Under the pieces are notes generated by a model. It had not been told where the DNA came from. It did not search any database and was given only the letters and a program-made list of their open reading frames with translations. This document shows, piece after piece, positions 1-16,690 of a DNA stretch of 64,000 nucleotides; the first letter of the stretch is position 1; each line of letters opens with the position of its first letter. This DNA comes from the human T2T-CHM13v2.0 reference genome, Homo sapiens, in assembly GCF_009914755.1 (NCBI RefSeq), contig NC_060934.1. The stretch is one strand, 5' to 3'. Made by a program: the position numbers and the translations under genes.

Positions 1-1053
1 AACACCAAAAGCAACGGCAACAAAAGCCAAAACTGACAAATGGGATCGAATTAAACTAAAGGGGCTCTGCACAGCAAAAGAAACTATCATCAGAGTGAAC
101 AGGCAGCCTACAGAATGGGAAAAAATGTTTGCAATCTATCTATCTGACAAAGGGCTGATATCCAGAATCTATAAAGAACTTAAACAAATTTACAATAAAA
201 AAGCAAACAACCCCATCAAAAAGTGGGTGAAGGATATGAAGAGACGCTTCTCAAAAGAAGACATTTATGCAGCCAACAAACATGAAAAAAAGCTCATCAT
301 CACTAGTCATTAGAGAAATGCAAATCAAAACCACAATGAGATACTGTCTCACACCAGTTAGAATCGTGATCACTAAAAAGTCAGGAAACAACACATGCTG
401 GAGAGGATGTGGAGAAATAGGAATGCCTTTACACTGTTGGTAGGAGTGTAAATTAGTTCAACCATTGTGGAAGACAGTGTGGTGTTTCTTCAAGGATCTT
501 GAACCAGAAATACCATTTGACCTAGCAATCCCATTATTGAATATGTAACCAAAGGATTATAAATCATTCTATAAGACATCTGTACACATATGTTTATTGT
601 GGCACTATTTACAATAGCAAAGACTTGGAACCAACCCAAATGCCCATCAATGATAGACTGGACAAAGAAAATGTGGCACATATAGACCGTGGAATACTAT
701 GCAGCCATTAAAAAGGATGAGTTCATGTCCTTTGCAGGGACATGGATGAAGCTGGAAACCATCATTTTCAGCAAACTATCACAAAGACAGAAAACCAAAC
801 ACTGCATGTTCTCACTCATAGGTGGGAATTGAACAATGAGAACACTTGGACAGAGGGTGAGGAACATCACACACTGGGGCCTGTGGTGGGGTTGGGGGCA
901 GGAGGAGGGATAGCATTAGGAGAAATACGTAATGTAAATGACGAGTTAATGGGTGGAGCAAACCAACATGGCACATGTATACCTATGTAACAAGCCTGCA
1001 CGTTGTGCATATGTACCCTAGAACTTAAAGTATAACAACAACAACAACAACAA
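1..1053 (+). mobile_element. LINE-1 (older L1PA) 3' end with (CAA)n tail
   Basis: ORF2 C-terminal peptide (NRQPTEWEK...), L1 3'UTR ending GAACTTAAAGTATAA, then a CAA repeat at ~1034-1053. Confidence 0.92.
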
Positions 1054-1145
1054 AATACCCTCACAGAGATACCCAGTAATAACCTTTCACCAGCTATCTG
1101 GGCATGCTTTAGTCAAGTCAAGCTGACATAAAATTAATCATCACA
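1054..1145 (+). mobile_element. MaLR (MLT1-type) LTR 3' fragment
   Basis: ends in the typical MLT1 terminus AGTCAAGCTGACATAAAATTAATCATCACA. Confidence 0.6.
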
Positions 1146-1649
1146 GTAGGCCTAGTATAGGTATAAGTACATGATAAAAGTAGATTGTAAGAAAAATCGC
1201 ATGGGTATCATCAAGACAGAGACACTTCTCAGGACCACAGACTCTGTCTATCAATCTTCTAACCTACCTGGCAATCCACCTGAGAACATGGCTGCTAGTG
1301 TCTGCACCATACTCTTCCCATCTACACTGAAAATTTCGACTACTGGTCGTGAGACCAAAATTAATGTTCTGCCTTCTTTTATTGTTTTGTCTTGGGGTCT
1401 CCTCTTCAGGGTGAAAGTGATTTCATAATTTCAAAGTAAATTGATGTAGAATTACAAAAGTGGGAATGAAAATGACAAATTAGTAGCCAATGCTGTGCTT
1501 GGCATGCATATATTATTCTTAGGGAATTTATATTAGTTAAGTAATGAAGTAAAGACAAGAGACCTATGTGTAATCGTAAAATTTCTATTAAATTATTTGC
1601 ATGCCTAGTTCAGTTATTTTAACAATCCATATTTTCTTACCTTTTAACC

Positions 1650-2165
1650 AAATTATTGGAGGTAATTGTATATTTATATGCAGTTATCAGAAGTAATACA
1701 CAGAAATCTCATGTACTCTTTGCCCAGTCCCTCTCAATAACATCTTGCAAAAATATACTATAATATCACTATCAGGACATTTAAATTGATAGTGAAGACA
1801 TAGAACAATTCCATCACCACGAGGATTCCTTATGCAGCCCCTTTATAGCCACACCCATGCTCCCCCCTTCACCCTCCACCCTATTCTTAGACCCTAGAAA
1901 ATTCATAATCTGTTTCCACTTCTATAATTTTGTCACTTAAGGAATGTCATATAAATGGAAACATACAGTATCTAATCTCTTGGATAATATTTTTTACTCA
2001 TCATAATTCTTTGTGATTCCTCAAAGTTGTTGCCTGTATCAATAATTCGTTACTTTTCATTGGTCAGTATGGTATACATGTACCACAATTAGTTTAACCA
2101 TTCACTCACTGAAGAACCTCTAGGTTGTTTCTGAGTTTGAGCTATTACAAATAAACATGCTATAA
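1650..2165 (-). mobile_element. old L1M 3'UTR fragment
   Basis: diverged antisense L1M-type 3' sequence (GAATGTCATATAAATGGAAACATACAGTA ... GCTATTACAAATAAAC). Confidence 0.6.
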
Positions 2166-2429
2166 ACAGGGTGGGCTGGAAGAAGAGATCTCCTTAGTAT
2201 GAAAAGCTGGAAGCTCAGCTGGAAAGCAAACAAAAAGTCTCAGGTGCTTATATCTCAAGCCCTGATGCGGAAAGGGGCATGATTCTCCTCTCAGGACAAT
2301 GAAGTGAATTAACTGAAACTAATTAAAACTGAATTCTAACACCAAAGGTACCCAACTTATGATTAATGCAAAGAGTTTAGCCTTTCATTCAGCCTGACAG
2401 AGAAAAGGGCATTGCAAATGTTCAGTTTT

Positions 2430-4500
<2,071 letters not shown>

Positions 4501-4502
4501 TT

Positions 4503-4965
4503 CTTTTTTATTTTTACATATAAGATTTTATTTTTTTATTTTTTATTTTTATTATACTTTAAGTTTTAGGGTACACGTGCACAACATGCAGGTTTGTTAC
4601 GTATGTACAAATGTGGCATGTTGGTGTGCCGCACCCATTAACTCGCCATTTACATTAGGTATATCTCCTAATGCTATCCCTCCCCCTCCCCCCACCCCAC
4701 AACAGGCCCCATTGTGTGATGTTCCCCTTCCTGTGTCCATGTGTTTTCATTGATCAATTCCCACCTATGAGTGAGAACATGTGGTGTTTGGCTTTTTGTC
4801 CTTGCGATAGTTTGCAGAGAATGATGGCTTGCAGCTTCATCCATGTCCCTACAAAGGACATGAACTCATCATTTTTTATGGCTGCATAGTATTCCATGGT
4901 GTATATGTGCCACATTTTCTTAATCCAGTCTATCATTTATGGACATCTGGGTTGGTTCCAAGTCT
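4503..4965 (-). mobile_element. L1PA 3' end (poly-T on + strand)
   Basis: T-rich tract 4503-4555 followed by antisense L1PA 3'UTR. Confidence 0.9.
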
Positions 4966-6720
4966 CCTCTTCAAGGAGAACTACAAACCACTACTCAACG
5001 AAATAAAAGAGGACGCAAACAAATGGAAGAACATTCCATGCTCATGCACAGGAAGAATCAATGTCGTGAAAATGGCCATACTGCCCAAGGTAATTTATAG
5101 ATTCAATGCCATCCCCATCAAGCTACCAATGACTTTCTTCACAGAATTGAGAAAAAAACTACTTTAAAGTTCATATGGAACCAAACAACAGCCCGCATTG
5201 CCAAGTCAATCATAAGCCAAAAGAACAAAGCTGGAGGCATCATGCTACCTGACTTCAAACTATACTACAAGGCTACAGTAACCAAAACAAACAGCATGGT
5301 ACTGGTACCAAAACAGCATGGTACTGGTACCAAAACAGAGATACAGACCAATGCAACAGAACAGAGCCCTCAGAAAGAATACCACACATCCACAACCATG
5401 TGATCTTTGACAAACCTGACAAAAACAAGCAATGGGGAAAGGATTCCCTATTTAATAAATGGTTCTGGGAAAACTGGCTAGCCATATGTAGAAAGCTGAA
5501 ACTGGATCCCTTCCTTATACCTTACACAAAAATTAATTCAAGATGGATTCAAGACTTAAATGTTAGACCTAAAACCATAAAAGTCCTAGAAGAAAACCTA
5601 GGCAATACCATTCAGGACATAGGCATGGACAAGGACTTCATGTCTAAGACACCAAAAGCAATGGCAACAAAAGCCAAAATTGACAAATGGGATCTAATTA
5701 AATTAAAGAGTTTCTGCACAGCAAAAGAAACTACCATCAGAGTGAACAGGCAACCTAAAGAATAGGAGAAAAATTTTGCAATCTACTCATCTGACAAAGG
5801 GCTAATATTCAGAACCTACAAAGAACCTAAACAAATTTACAAGAAAAAAACAACCCCATCAAAAAGTGGGCATATGAACAGACACTTCTCAAAAGAAGAC
5901 GTTTATGCAGCCAAAAGACACATGAAAAAATGCTCATCATCACTGGCCATCAGAGAAATGCAAATCAAAACCACAGTGAGATACCATCTCACACCAGTTA
6001 GAATGGCAATCATTAAAAAGTCAGGAAACAACAGGTGCTGGAGAGGATGTGGAGAAATAGGAACACTTTTACCCTGTTGGTGGGACTGTAAACTAGTTCA
6101 ACCATTGTGGAAGTCAGTGTGGTGATTCCTCAAGGATCTAGAACTAGAAATACCATTTGACCCAGCCATCCCATTACTGGGTATATACCCAAAGTATTAT
6201 AAATCATGCTGCTATAAAGACACATGCACATGTATGTTTATTGCAGTACTATTCACAATAGCAAAGAATTGGAACCAACCCAAGCCCATCAGTGATAGAA
6301 TGGATTAAGAAAATGTGGCACATATACAACATGGAATACTATGCAGCCATAAAAAATGATGAGTTCGTGTCCTTTATAGGGACATGGATGAAGCTGGAAA
6401 CCAGCATTCTGAGCAAACTATCTCAAGGACAGAAAACCAAACACCGTGTGTTCTCACTCATAGGTGGGAATTGAACAATGAGAACACTTGGACACAGGAT
6501 GGGGTACATCACACACCAGAGCCTGTCATGGGGTGGGGGGAGGGATAGCATTAGGAGATATACCTAATGTAAATGACGAGTTAATGGGTGCAGCACACCA
6601 ACATGGCACATGTATACATATGTAACAAACCAGCACGTTGTGCACATGTACCCTAGAACTTATGGTATAATAATAAAAAATAAAAAAAATAAATACACAA
6701 ATAAATAAAATAAATAAATA
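4966..6720 (+). mobile_element. 5'-truncated L1PA (ORF2 C-terminus, 3'UTR, A-rich tail)
   Basis: [10 protein letters not shown]..., [12 protein letters not shown] cysteine-rich domain; A/TAAA tail ~6668-6720. Confidence 0.92.
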
Positions 6721-6721
6721 A

Positions 6722-6792
6722 GTGGGTAAATCTCTGTTCGAGGCTCTCAGCTCTGAAGGCTGTGAGACTCCTGATTTCCCACTCCACACCTC
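6722..6792 (+). mobile_element. short MER11-like (ERVK LTR) 3' fragment
   Basis: GTGGGTAAATCTCTGTTCGAGGCTCTCAGCTCTGAAGGCTGTGAGACTCCTGATTTCCCACTCCACACCTC matches my recollection of the MER11 LTR 3' region. Confidence 0.6.
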
Positions 6793-6804
6793 AAAAAAAA
6801 AACA

Positions 6805-9075
6805 AAAACAGAACCAATGACAAAAACCACATGGTTATCTCAACAGATGCAGAAAAGGCCTTCAATAAAATTCAACACCACTTCATGCTAAAAACTCTCA
6901 ATAAGCTGGGTATTGATGGAACATATCTCAAAATAATAAGAGTTATTTATGACAAACCCACAGCCAATATCATACAGAATGGGTAAAAACTGGAAGCATT
7001 CCCTTTGAAAATCAGCACAAGACAAGGATGTCCTCTCTCATCACTCCTATTCAACATAGTATTGGAAGTTCTCTCCAGGGCAATCGGCCAAGAGAAAGCA
7101 ATACAGGATATTGAAATAAGAAGAGAGGAAGTCAAATTGTCCCTGTTTGCAGATGACATGACTGTGTATTTAGAAAATCCCATCGTTACAGCCCAAAACC
7201 TCCTTAAGCTGATAAACAGCTTCAGCAAAGTCTCAGGAAACAAAATCAATGTGCAAAAATCACAAGCATTCCTATACACCAAACAGAGAGCCAAATCATG
7301 AGTCAACTCCCATTCACAATTGCTACTAAGAGAACAAAATACTTAGGAATACAACTTACAAGGGATGTGAAGGACCTCTTCAAGAAGATCTACAAACCAC
7401 TGCTCAAGGAAATAAGAGAGGACACAAACAAACAGAAAAACATTCCATGTTCATGGATAGAATCAATATCGTGAAAATGGCCATACTGTCCAATGTAATT
7501 TATAGATTCAATGCCATCCCCATCAAGCTACCACTGCCTTTCTTCACAGAACTGGAAAAAACTACTTTAAACTTCATATGGAACCAAAAAACGGCCCGCA
7601 TATCCAACACAATCATGGGCAAGAAGAACAAAGCTGGAGGCATCATTCTACCTGACTTCAAACTATACTACAAGGCTACAGTAACCAAAACAGCATGGTA
7701 CTGGTACCAAAACAGATATATACACCAATGGAACAGAACAGAGGCCTCAGAAATAACACCACACAGCTACAACCATCTGATCTTTGACAAACCTGACACA
7801 CACAAGCAATGGGGAAGGGATGCCCTATTTAATAAATGGTGTTGGGAAAACTGGCTAGCCATATGCACAAAACTGAAACTGGACCCCTTCCTTACACCTT
7901 TTACAAAAATCAACTCAAGATGGATCAAAGACTTAAACGTAAGACCTAGGACCATAAAAATCCTAGAAGAAAACCTGGGCAATACCATTCAGGACATAGG
8001 CATGGGAAAAGACTTCATGTCTAAAACACCAAAAGCAATGGCAACAAAAGCCAAAATTGACAAATGGAATCTAATTAAACTAAAGAGCTTTTGCTATGCA
8101 AAAGCAAATATCACCAGAGTGAACGGGCAACCTACAGAATGGGAGAAAAATTTTGCAATCTACTCATCTGACAAAGGGCTAATATTCAGAATCTACAAAG
8201 AACCTAAACAAATTTACAAGAAAAAAAACAACCCCATCAAAAAGTTGGCAAAGGATATGAACAGACATTTCTCAAAAGAAGACATTTATGCAGCCAAAAG
8301 ACACATGAAAAAATGCTCATCATCACTGGCCATCAGAGAAATGCAAATCAAAACCACAATGAGATACCATCTCAAACCAGTTAGAATGGTGATCATTAAA
8401 TAATCAGGAAACAACAGGTGCTGAAGAGGATGTGGAGAAATAGGAACACTTTTACACTGTTGGTGGGAATGTAAATTAGTTCAACCATTGTGGAAGACAG
8501 TGCAGCGATTCCTCAAGGATCTAGAACCAGAAATACCATTTGACCCAGCAACCCCATTACTGGGCATATACCCAAAGGATTATAAATCATTCTATGATAA
8601 AGACACATGCACACGTATGTTTATTGCAGCACTATTCACAATAGCAAAGACTTGGAACCAACCCAAATGCCCATCAATGATAGACTGAAGAAAATGTGGC
8701 ACATATAGACCATGGAATACTATGCAGTCATAAAAAAGGATGAGTTCATGTCCTTTGCAGGGACATGGATGAAGCTGGAAACCATCATTCTCAGCAAACT
8801 ATCACAAGATCAGAAAACCAAACACTGCATGTTCTCACTCGTAAGTGGGGGTTGAACAATGAGAACACATTGACACAAGGAGGGGAACATCACACCCCAG
8901 GGCCTGTTGGGGGGTGGGGAGCTAGGGGAGGGATAACATTAGGAAAAATACCTAATGTAGGTGACAGGTTGATGGGTGCAGCAAACCACCATGGCAGGTG
9001 TATACCTATGTAACAAAACTGCACATTCTGCGCAGGTAACCCAGAACTTACAGTGTAATAATAAAAATAAAATTG
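6805..9075 (+). mobile_element. 5'-truncated LINE-1 (L1PA7/8-like 3' end)
   Basis: ORF2 RT and C-terminal ORFs (7005-7301, 7447-8403); 3'UTR and A-rich tail. Confidence 0.92.
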
Positions 9076-9164
9076 ATATCACCAGCAAAAAAAAAAGTTC
9101 CTAGAAATTCATCAAACCATGTGACACAAAACTCAAATGACATTTCACTTTGTTTTGATTTGTT

Positions 9165-9425
9165 TTGTTTGAGACAAGGTGTCACTCTGTCACCCAGGCT
9201 GAAGTGCGGTGGGGTGATCTGGGCTCACTGCAGGCTCTAACTCCTGGGCCCAAGTGATTCTCTCAACTCAGTCTCTCCAGTATCTGAGGCTACAGGCAGG
9301 CGCCACTAGGCCCAACTAATTTTTTTATGAAATTTTTTGCAAAGATGTCCAGGCTGGTCTTGAACTCCTGGACTCAAATGATCTGCCTACCTCAGCCCTC
9401 CAAAGTGCTGGGATTACAGGCTTGA
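9165..9425 (-). mobile_element. Alu (AluJ-like)
   Basis: antisense Alu: TTTGAGACAAGG ... CAAAGTGCTGGGATTACAGGC. Confidence 0.88.
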
Positions 9426-9501
9426 ACTGTGTAATTTCACGTGGCATGACACAGCACAATGATGAAAAGGAAGAAACCCTGTGGGTCCAGCGTATACTCA
9501 C

Positions 9502-9589
9502 ATGGGTGGATTGATGGCTGGGAAACCCAAGCAGGAGGAGCCAAAACAGCAGCCACTGGACCCGCATGTCCTGGTTTTCTCAGGGCCCC
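9502..9589 (-). pseudogene. orphan NPIPB-like signal-peptide exon (MRVQWLLFWLLLLGFPSHQSTH|gtgagt)
   Basis: acceptor CCTCCTCAG, 22 nt leader, ATG at 9567, 22 codons, phase-0 GTGAGT donor at 9501-9496; peptide closely resembles the NPIPB signal peptide as I recall it (MRVRWLLFWLL...GFISHQSTC). Confidence 0.75.
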
Positions 9590-9995
9590 CTGAGGAGGCC
9601 AGGACAGAGGTGAGGGTGGTTTAGGGCTGAGGGAGGAAAGGGGATGGGGACTGGGGGTGGGACTGCAGTTGGGGAGGGGGAGGGGAGGGAAAGGGATTGG
9701 GAGGGGAGGGAAGGCAAGGGGGACTGTGGGGGGCCTGGAGGAGCAGGGCGGTGGGGGGCTGGAGAAGAAGGAGGAGGAAGAAAAAGAAGGAACCCTGGGA
9801 AAGGATCCAGTTAAAACTAAGTCTTCAAGTGCTGGTGGAAGGTTCAGCTATAGGTCAGTGAAAAAGTCTATCAGCAAAACAGCAGGAGGAGTGGGGCAGG
9901 GGAGCAGGAGGCTCAGGAGCAGTTGGAGGGAGACCAGGGCTCTGGTTTCTACCAAACCTTCTCCTGTCTGGGCGCTACCTTAGCAACCCTGGGGC

Positions 9996-10001
9996 TTTAT
10001 A
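9996..10001 (-). promoter_or_regulatory. candidate TATA box upstream of the signal-peptide exon
   Basis: TATAAA on the minus strand in the context GGAAGTATAAAGCCCC; function not demonstrable from sequence. Confidence 0.3.
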
Positions 10002-12630
10002 CTTCCTCTCCACCAATCCTCGGTCCTGGTACCATAGTGCCTCACAGTGGGCATTCCATGTGATGCCCACATTCTTCCAACACCCCCTCCCCCACCTGAA
10101 CCCCTGATGCGCCATCCCAAAGACAGGTCCTCTCTGGAAACTTCGCAGACCTTCTGACTTCTCATCCTCCCCAACCAGCTCCCTGTCCCTGCTTCTGGGC
10201 TGATCTTTCCTTCCTGAGCTCCAAGTGTTCCTCATGGTCAGTCTTGGCTGCAAAACATGAAAAACAAATGATGGCAGGATGGCAGGAAGAACCTCATACA
10301 CAAGCAGAGTGGGAGGCTCCACAGCCCCCTCTCAGCAATTCATATACTAAGCAACAAAACATCAGTAGGATGTAGAAGGTCCAAATAGTAAACCATCTCC
10401 ATCACATTCATGTAGTCATCTATCCATCACCCTTGTATCTTGGGAATAAATGTTGGCGATATATTCATTTTAAGCACATATGGTACATTTACAAAAATTA
10501 ACCTGACTTATTTTGTTCATCAAGCAAATCTCAATATATTTCAGAGGAATCAAATCACATGTTTCTGATCATATAATTGTGCTAGAAGTCAACGATAAAA
10601 AGCTAACCAAAAATTCTTATATGCTTGGAAATTCAATGTGCCCTTATAAGTAAGATATAAACATAAGGAAGAACCCAAAATGAAACAAGACTGCCTTTGC
10701 ACTCAATGATAGAATCATAATATGGCAATAAAACATCTCCCTCTGGCCTGGGAATTCCACTTTGTGGCACAAGGTTGTGTGGTCCCAAATCATTTCTAAC
10801 CCACCTAGACATTTTAACATCTGAAATGGGGTGATGATGTCACTTATCTATGTCATCTTACTGCCTGTGACCATGGGCTTTAAATTTTGAACCCTAATGA
10901 GGGGAGGAAAACCAAGTTGACTCTCATGATTGACTTCCCAGGTATGACCAAGGAATCTGTGCATTTCAAGTGACGAAGTTCATCAGCTTCTCTCCTGGGA
11001 GATTTGGCCACAATACCCAGAGGGCCAGGCAGCACCAGGAGTAATGGGTGGGGAGTACCAAGCAATTGGGCAGGACCTAGGGGCCCGGTGACCAGGACAG
11101 ACCCCCACTGGCCATCACCTTTCCTGGTCCTGTCTTCAGCTAAACCTCCCAAAGGCCTTCTTCTGCCTGATTGCACAGAGTGTGCCCAAACTCACCCAGG
11201 CTTCTAGCAGCTTAAAACCACTTCTTTAAATCCCTTTACCATTTATTATGACATAAAGTTATTATAAACAGGAAATATTCCATTGAGGCTACAAATAGAA
11301 AGCCAATGCCTTTACCATAAATGGAAAGAAATCCTAAGAAACAAGCATGACAAAAACAAAACACAGATAACAAAACAATGAAATTAAATTATATTTGTAT
11401 ACTGTCACCTGCATAAAGACCCCCAGTTTCAGTTGTCTTGCTTGTAAAAGGAGAGACCAAGAGGGGGTTGAAGTCAGATCTGCACAAAAGTGAACGGCAC
11501 AGATTACCATAATGTCCGTGAAGGGTTGCTGGGGTCACCTTGATTATAGCCCAAGTAGACATAAGGAAAGGAGGGCAATATGAGCAGAGTTTGGGGCCTC
11601 AAACAGGGTAGGTTATTTATGCAGCCCAGGAAAGGCTCCCCAAAGCCAGTGTCAACCTCACAGGCAGGTCCCTCATGGAGGCAAGGCCAAGCACCTTGGA
11701 TTTGAGACCAGCTGTGCTGCTGACCAGCGGTGTGACCCTGGGCTGGTTTCCTTCCATACAATGGGAGTGCCAATGGCTACATGCAAAGACTGTCTGAGGA
11801 CAGGAGGAAGAAATCTGTTGAGCACCTGTGTACCTGAGTGTCAGCACCTCCCAAGGGCATCTGTCCTTCCAGAGCTGGCACCCTGGAAAGTTCTCAGATG
11901 CTAAAGGCAGTCATGATGATAACAGCAGTAAATCATCATTTACTGCTGATGAGGGAGGGCCAGTGGGCAGGACTCCTAGGTTCTGGATAGGAATGAAAGT
12001 CTGGGCACGCCTGGGGACAGCTGAGTGAGTCCTGTATCAGCAGTACAGGCAGGCACAGAGGCAGTAGATTCATCAGAGGTGGCAGGTGTGGGATGGTCTG
12101 ATAAGCAAGCATAGTCACCAAGCTGGCTGACCACTGCCCCCTCACAGAAGATGCCCTGTCCCTTGCCTCACATTCCAGCAGGGCAGAGGCTGGCACCTGG
12201 GGCCTCACAGAGCATCCCTCTGAGACTTCTGTGTCCTGGCCAAAAAATGGGCACTTGCGTCACCCAGCACTGACAGAACAAGGAGGAAGAATCAGGACCC
12301 AGGATGTTTTGGGGAAGTGTTTAGCACAGAAAAATGCTCAGAATACAAACACGACACAGGGGAACTGTTCATGTGGGAGCCAATATTTTATAACCTACAG
12401 CCCTAATCTGAGCACTCTCACCTGTGCAATCTGAAAGAAACAGGGGACTTGCAGGAAGGATAGTGCCTGGATTTAACTTGAAGTAAAATGTTGGAATTTT
12501 CACACTCCTGATATCCTTCCAAATCAACTCTTTCAATGCTCCCATCCTCACCACTATCATGTGGGGTAACTGAGGCAGTCAGGGATTTACTGACTCAATG
12601 TCATTCAGTCATTTCTGAGTTCACTGCTGA

Positions 12631-12706
12631 CTACATCTGACCAAACTTGAAGTTCCCGTTTAATCTTGCCAGTGACGGTTTTTGGCAGCTCTGGGACAAA
12701 CTCCAC
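12631..12706 (-). pseudogene. decayed ACSM terminal coding exon (VEFVPELPKTVTGKIKRE..[frameshift]..GQM*)
   Basis: ccag|GTGGAG acceptor; A10 motif PKTxTGK of acyl-CoA synthetases; GGT CAG ATG TAG out of frame (76 nt exon-to-stop); resembles ACSM1 C-terminus ...ELPKTITGKIERKELRKKETGQM*; 3'UTR-like sequence probably continues to ~12380. Confidence 0.85.
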
Positions 12707-14195
12707 CTGGCTGAAGATAAAGCAAATCTGTGGTGACTTAGTCCTGCTGTCATTTCCTACCAATCCCCTACTCTCCTCCTCTGCCCCTCCACAGTCTCCC
12801 ACACAGGCTAACACCATATGGTGGCCTTAATGGTGTCCACTGAGTATTTCAGCTTCTCCACGTGGGCCGTTTAAGTTGGGTGTAGCCATGTGATTTGCTT
12901 TGACCCAAAAGTGAGTGGAAGCGAAGCATGTCACCTTGAGGCAGAAGAGTTGGGAGCCATTGAGACTGGACACCCTCTTCTCTATCTCCGAGAGCACCTG
13001 ACAGGTTCCACATGGAGGCTGCTCCTTTACCCTGGCAGCAGGATAAGAAGATGTGGTGCACAGGGCCCAGGAGAGCCATGGTGGACGTGCAGCATGAGCA
13101 GGAAAACAACCTCCATTGTTTAAGACTGTTTGTTACCCACAGTGATATCTAGCCCATCCTAGTATGCATGCACCATCTATTCCACACTCTGTTAAGCAGA
13201 CTAGCCTACCATCAGAACATGAACTGCTCGTCAGACACACATAGGTTTCAGTTACAGCTCTTCCTCTTATTGACTGCAACCTCAGGCATTTAACTTTCAA
13301 TCTCTGAGCCTGTTTCACCTCTGTAACATGAGTTGGCTATACTATCTCACATTGTGGAGAGGATTAAATAAAATAAAAATGCACACAGAGCACTGAGCCC
13401 AGGGCCTGGCACACACAGTGAGTACTCAATCAACGTTAACCATGTAACTTCATAATGTGTATTGACTGTCAATATTTAGACAATGCCGCAAAGTACTACA
13501 AAAAAGGAAATGTTAACTATTTTTCAAATGTATTCTTCCAAACTTTATTTTCAAACAGATAGGATGAAACTATGTAAATTCTTTCATAGCCAGTGTTTTT
13601 CTCTTAATAGTATATTGCTAAAATATTTTTATCTCAAAAATAAGATTGTGTTTAAGATTATCATTTTAAATTACAAGTAATGCTCAATTTAATGAATAAT
13701 TTAATTATTACTATTGAACTTTTTGTAGATTGCACACAGCATTTAAAACAAATGAAAGAGAATTAAAAATAAGAATGTATTACATGTTATAAAATAACTA
13801 TGTTTTGTTAATTCTATTATTCATATAAGCACATATATATGCAATATGGAAGGTATTTTTATTGTAATGTTTAAAAATAGTTTAGAAGCTGCTTATTTGG
13901 ATTTCCCTTTTTGAATTTTGCAGGATTATAACTTTTTAAGTACTGTTGGGCACTTGTCTGGTTGTTTTTCTTTAGCTTAACATGCCAGCAATGATTCCTT
14001 TTGGGTTTCTGACACAAGACAGTGGTTTTCATCCACCCCATCCCTAAGCCACTCAGATGGAATGAAAAAGGAGGAAAAGGCCAGTACTGTGACTGCCTAA
14101 GCTTCCCCCAGCATGGCCACGCTATGAGACACAGGGCAGCTGAAAGTCAGAAACTGCTCAAGGGCACCAGGCCCCATCTGTCTGTGCTCACTCAC

Positions 14196-14315
14196 CTTCC
14201 TTTGGTACTTGCATGGGCCTGTCACTGACTTTATGTGCTGCTATAGCTCTTTGGTGAGCTGGCCCTGGTCATGGGACAGGAACTGTGGAGTCAGGACATT
14301 AGGGGGCTTCACCAC
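14196..14315 (-). pseudogene. decayed ACSM penultimate exon ([39 protein letters not shown])
   Basis: 120-nt phase 0/0 exon with tgcag| acceptor and |gtgagt donor; in-frame TAG at 14241-14243; homologous to ACSM1 [40 protein letters not shown] and to the NPIPB N-terminus. Confidence 0.9.
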
Positions 14316-14364
14316 CTGCAGAATGGGAACAGAGGCACATAATGAGTGCCAGCCTATTAGATAA

Positions 14365-16690
<2,326 letters not shown>

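Noticed and set aside
9325-9567. 80-aa ORF as a complete NPIP gene
   Set aside because: Only the first 22 codons are exonic; the rest reads through intron and Alu. I found no downstream NPIP core exons; the sequence beyond is Alu and L1.
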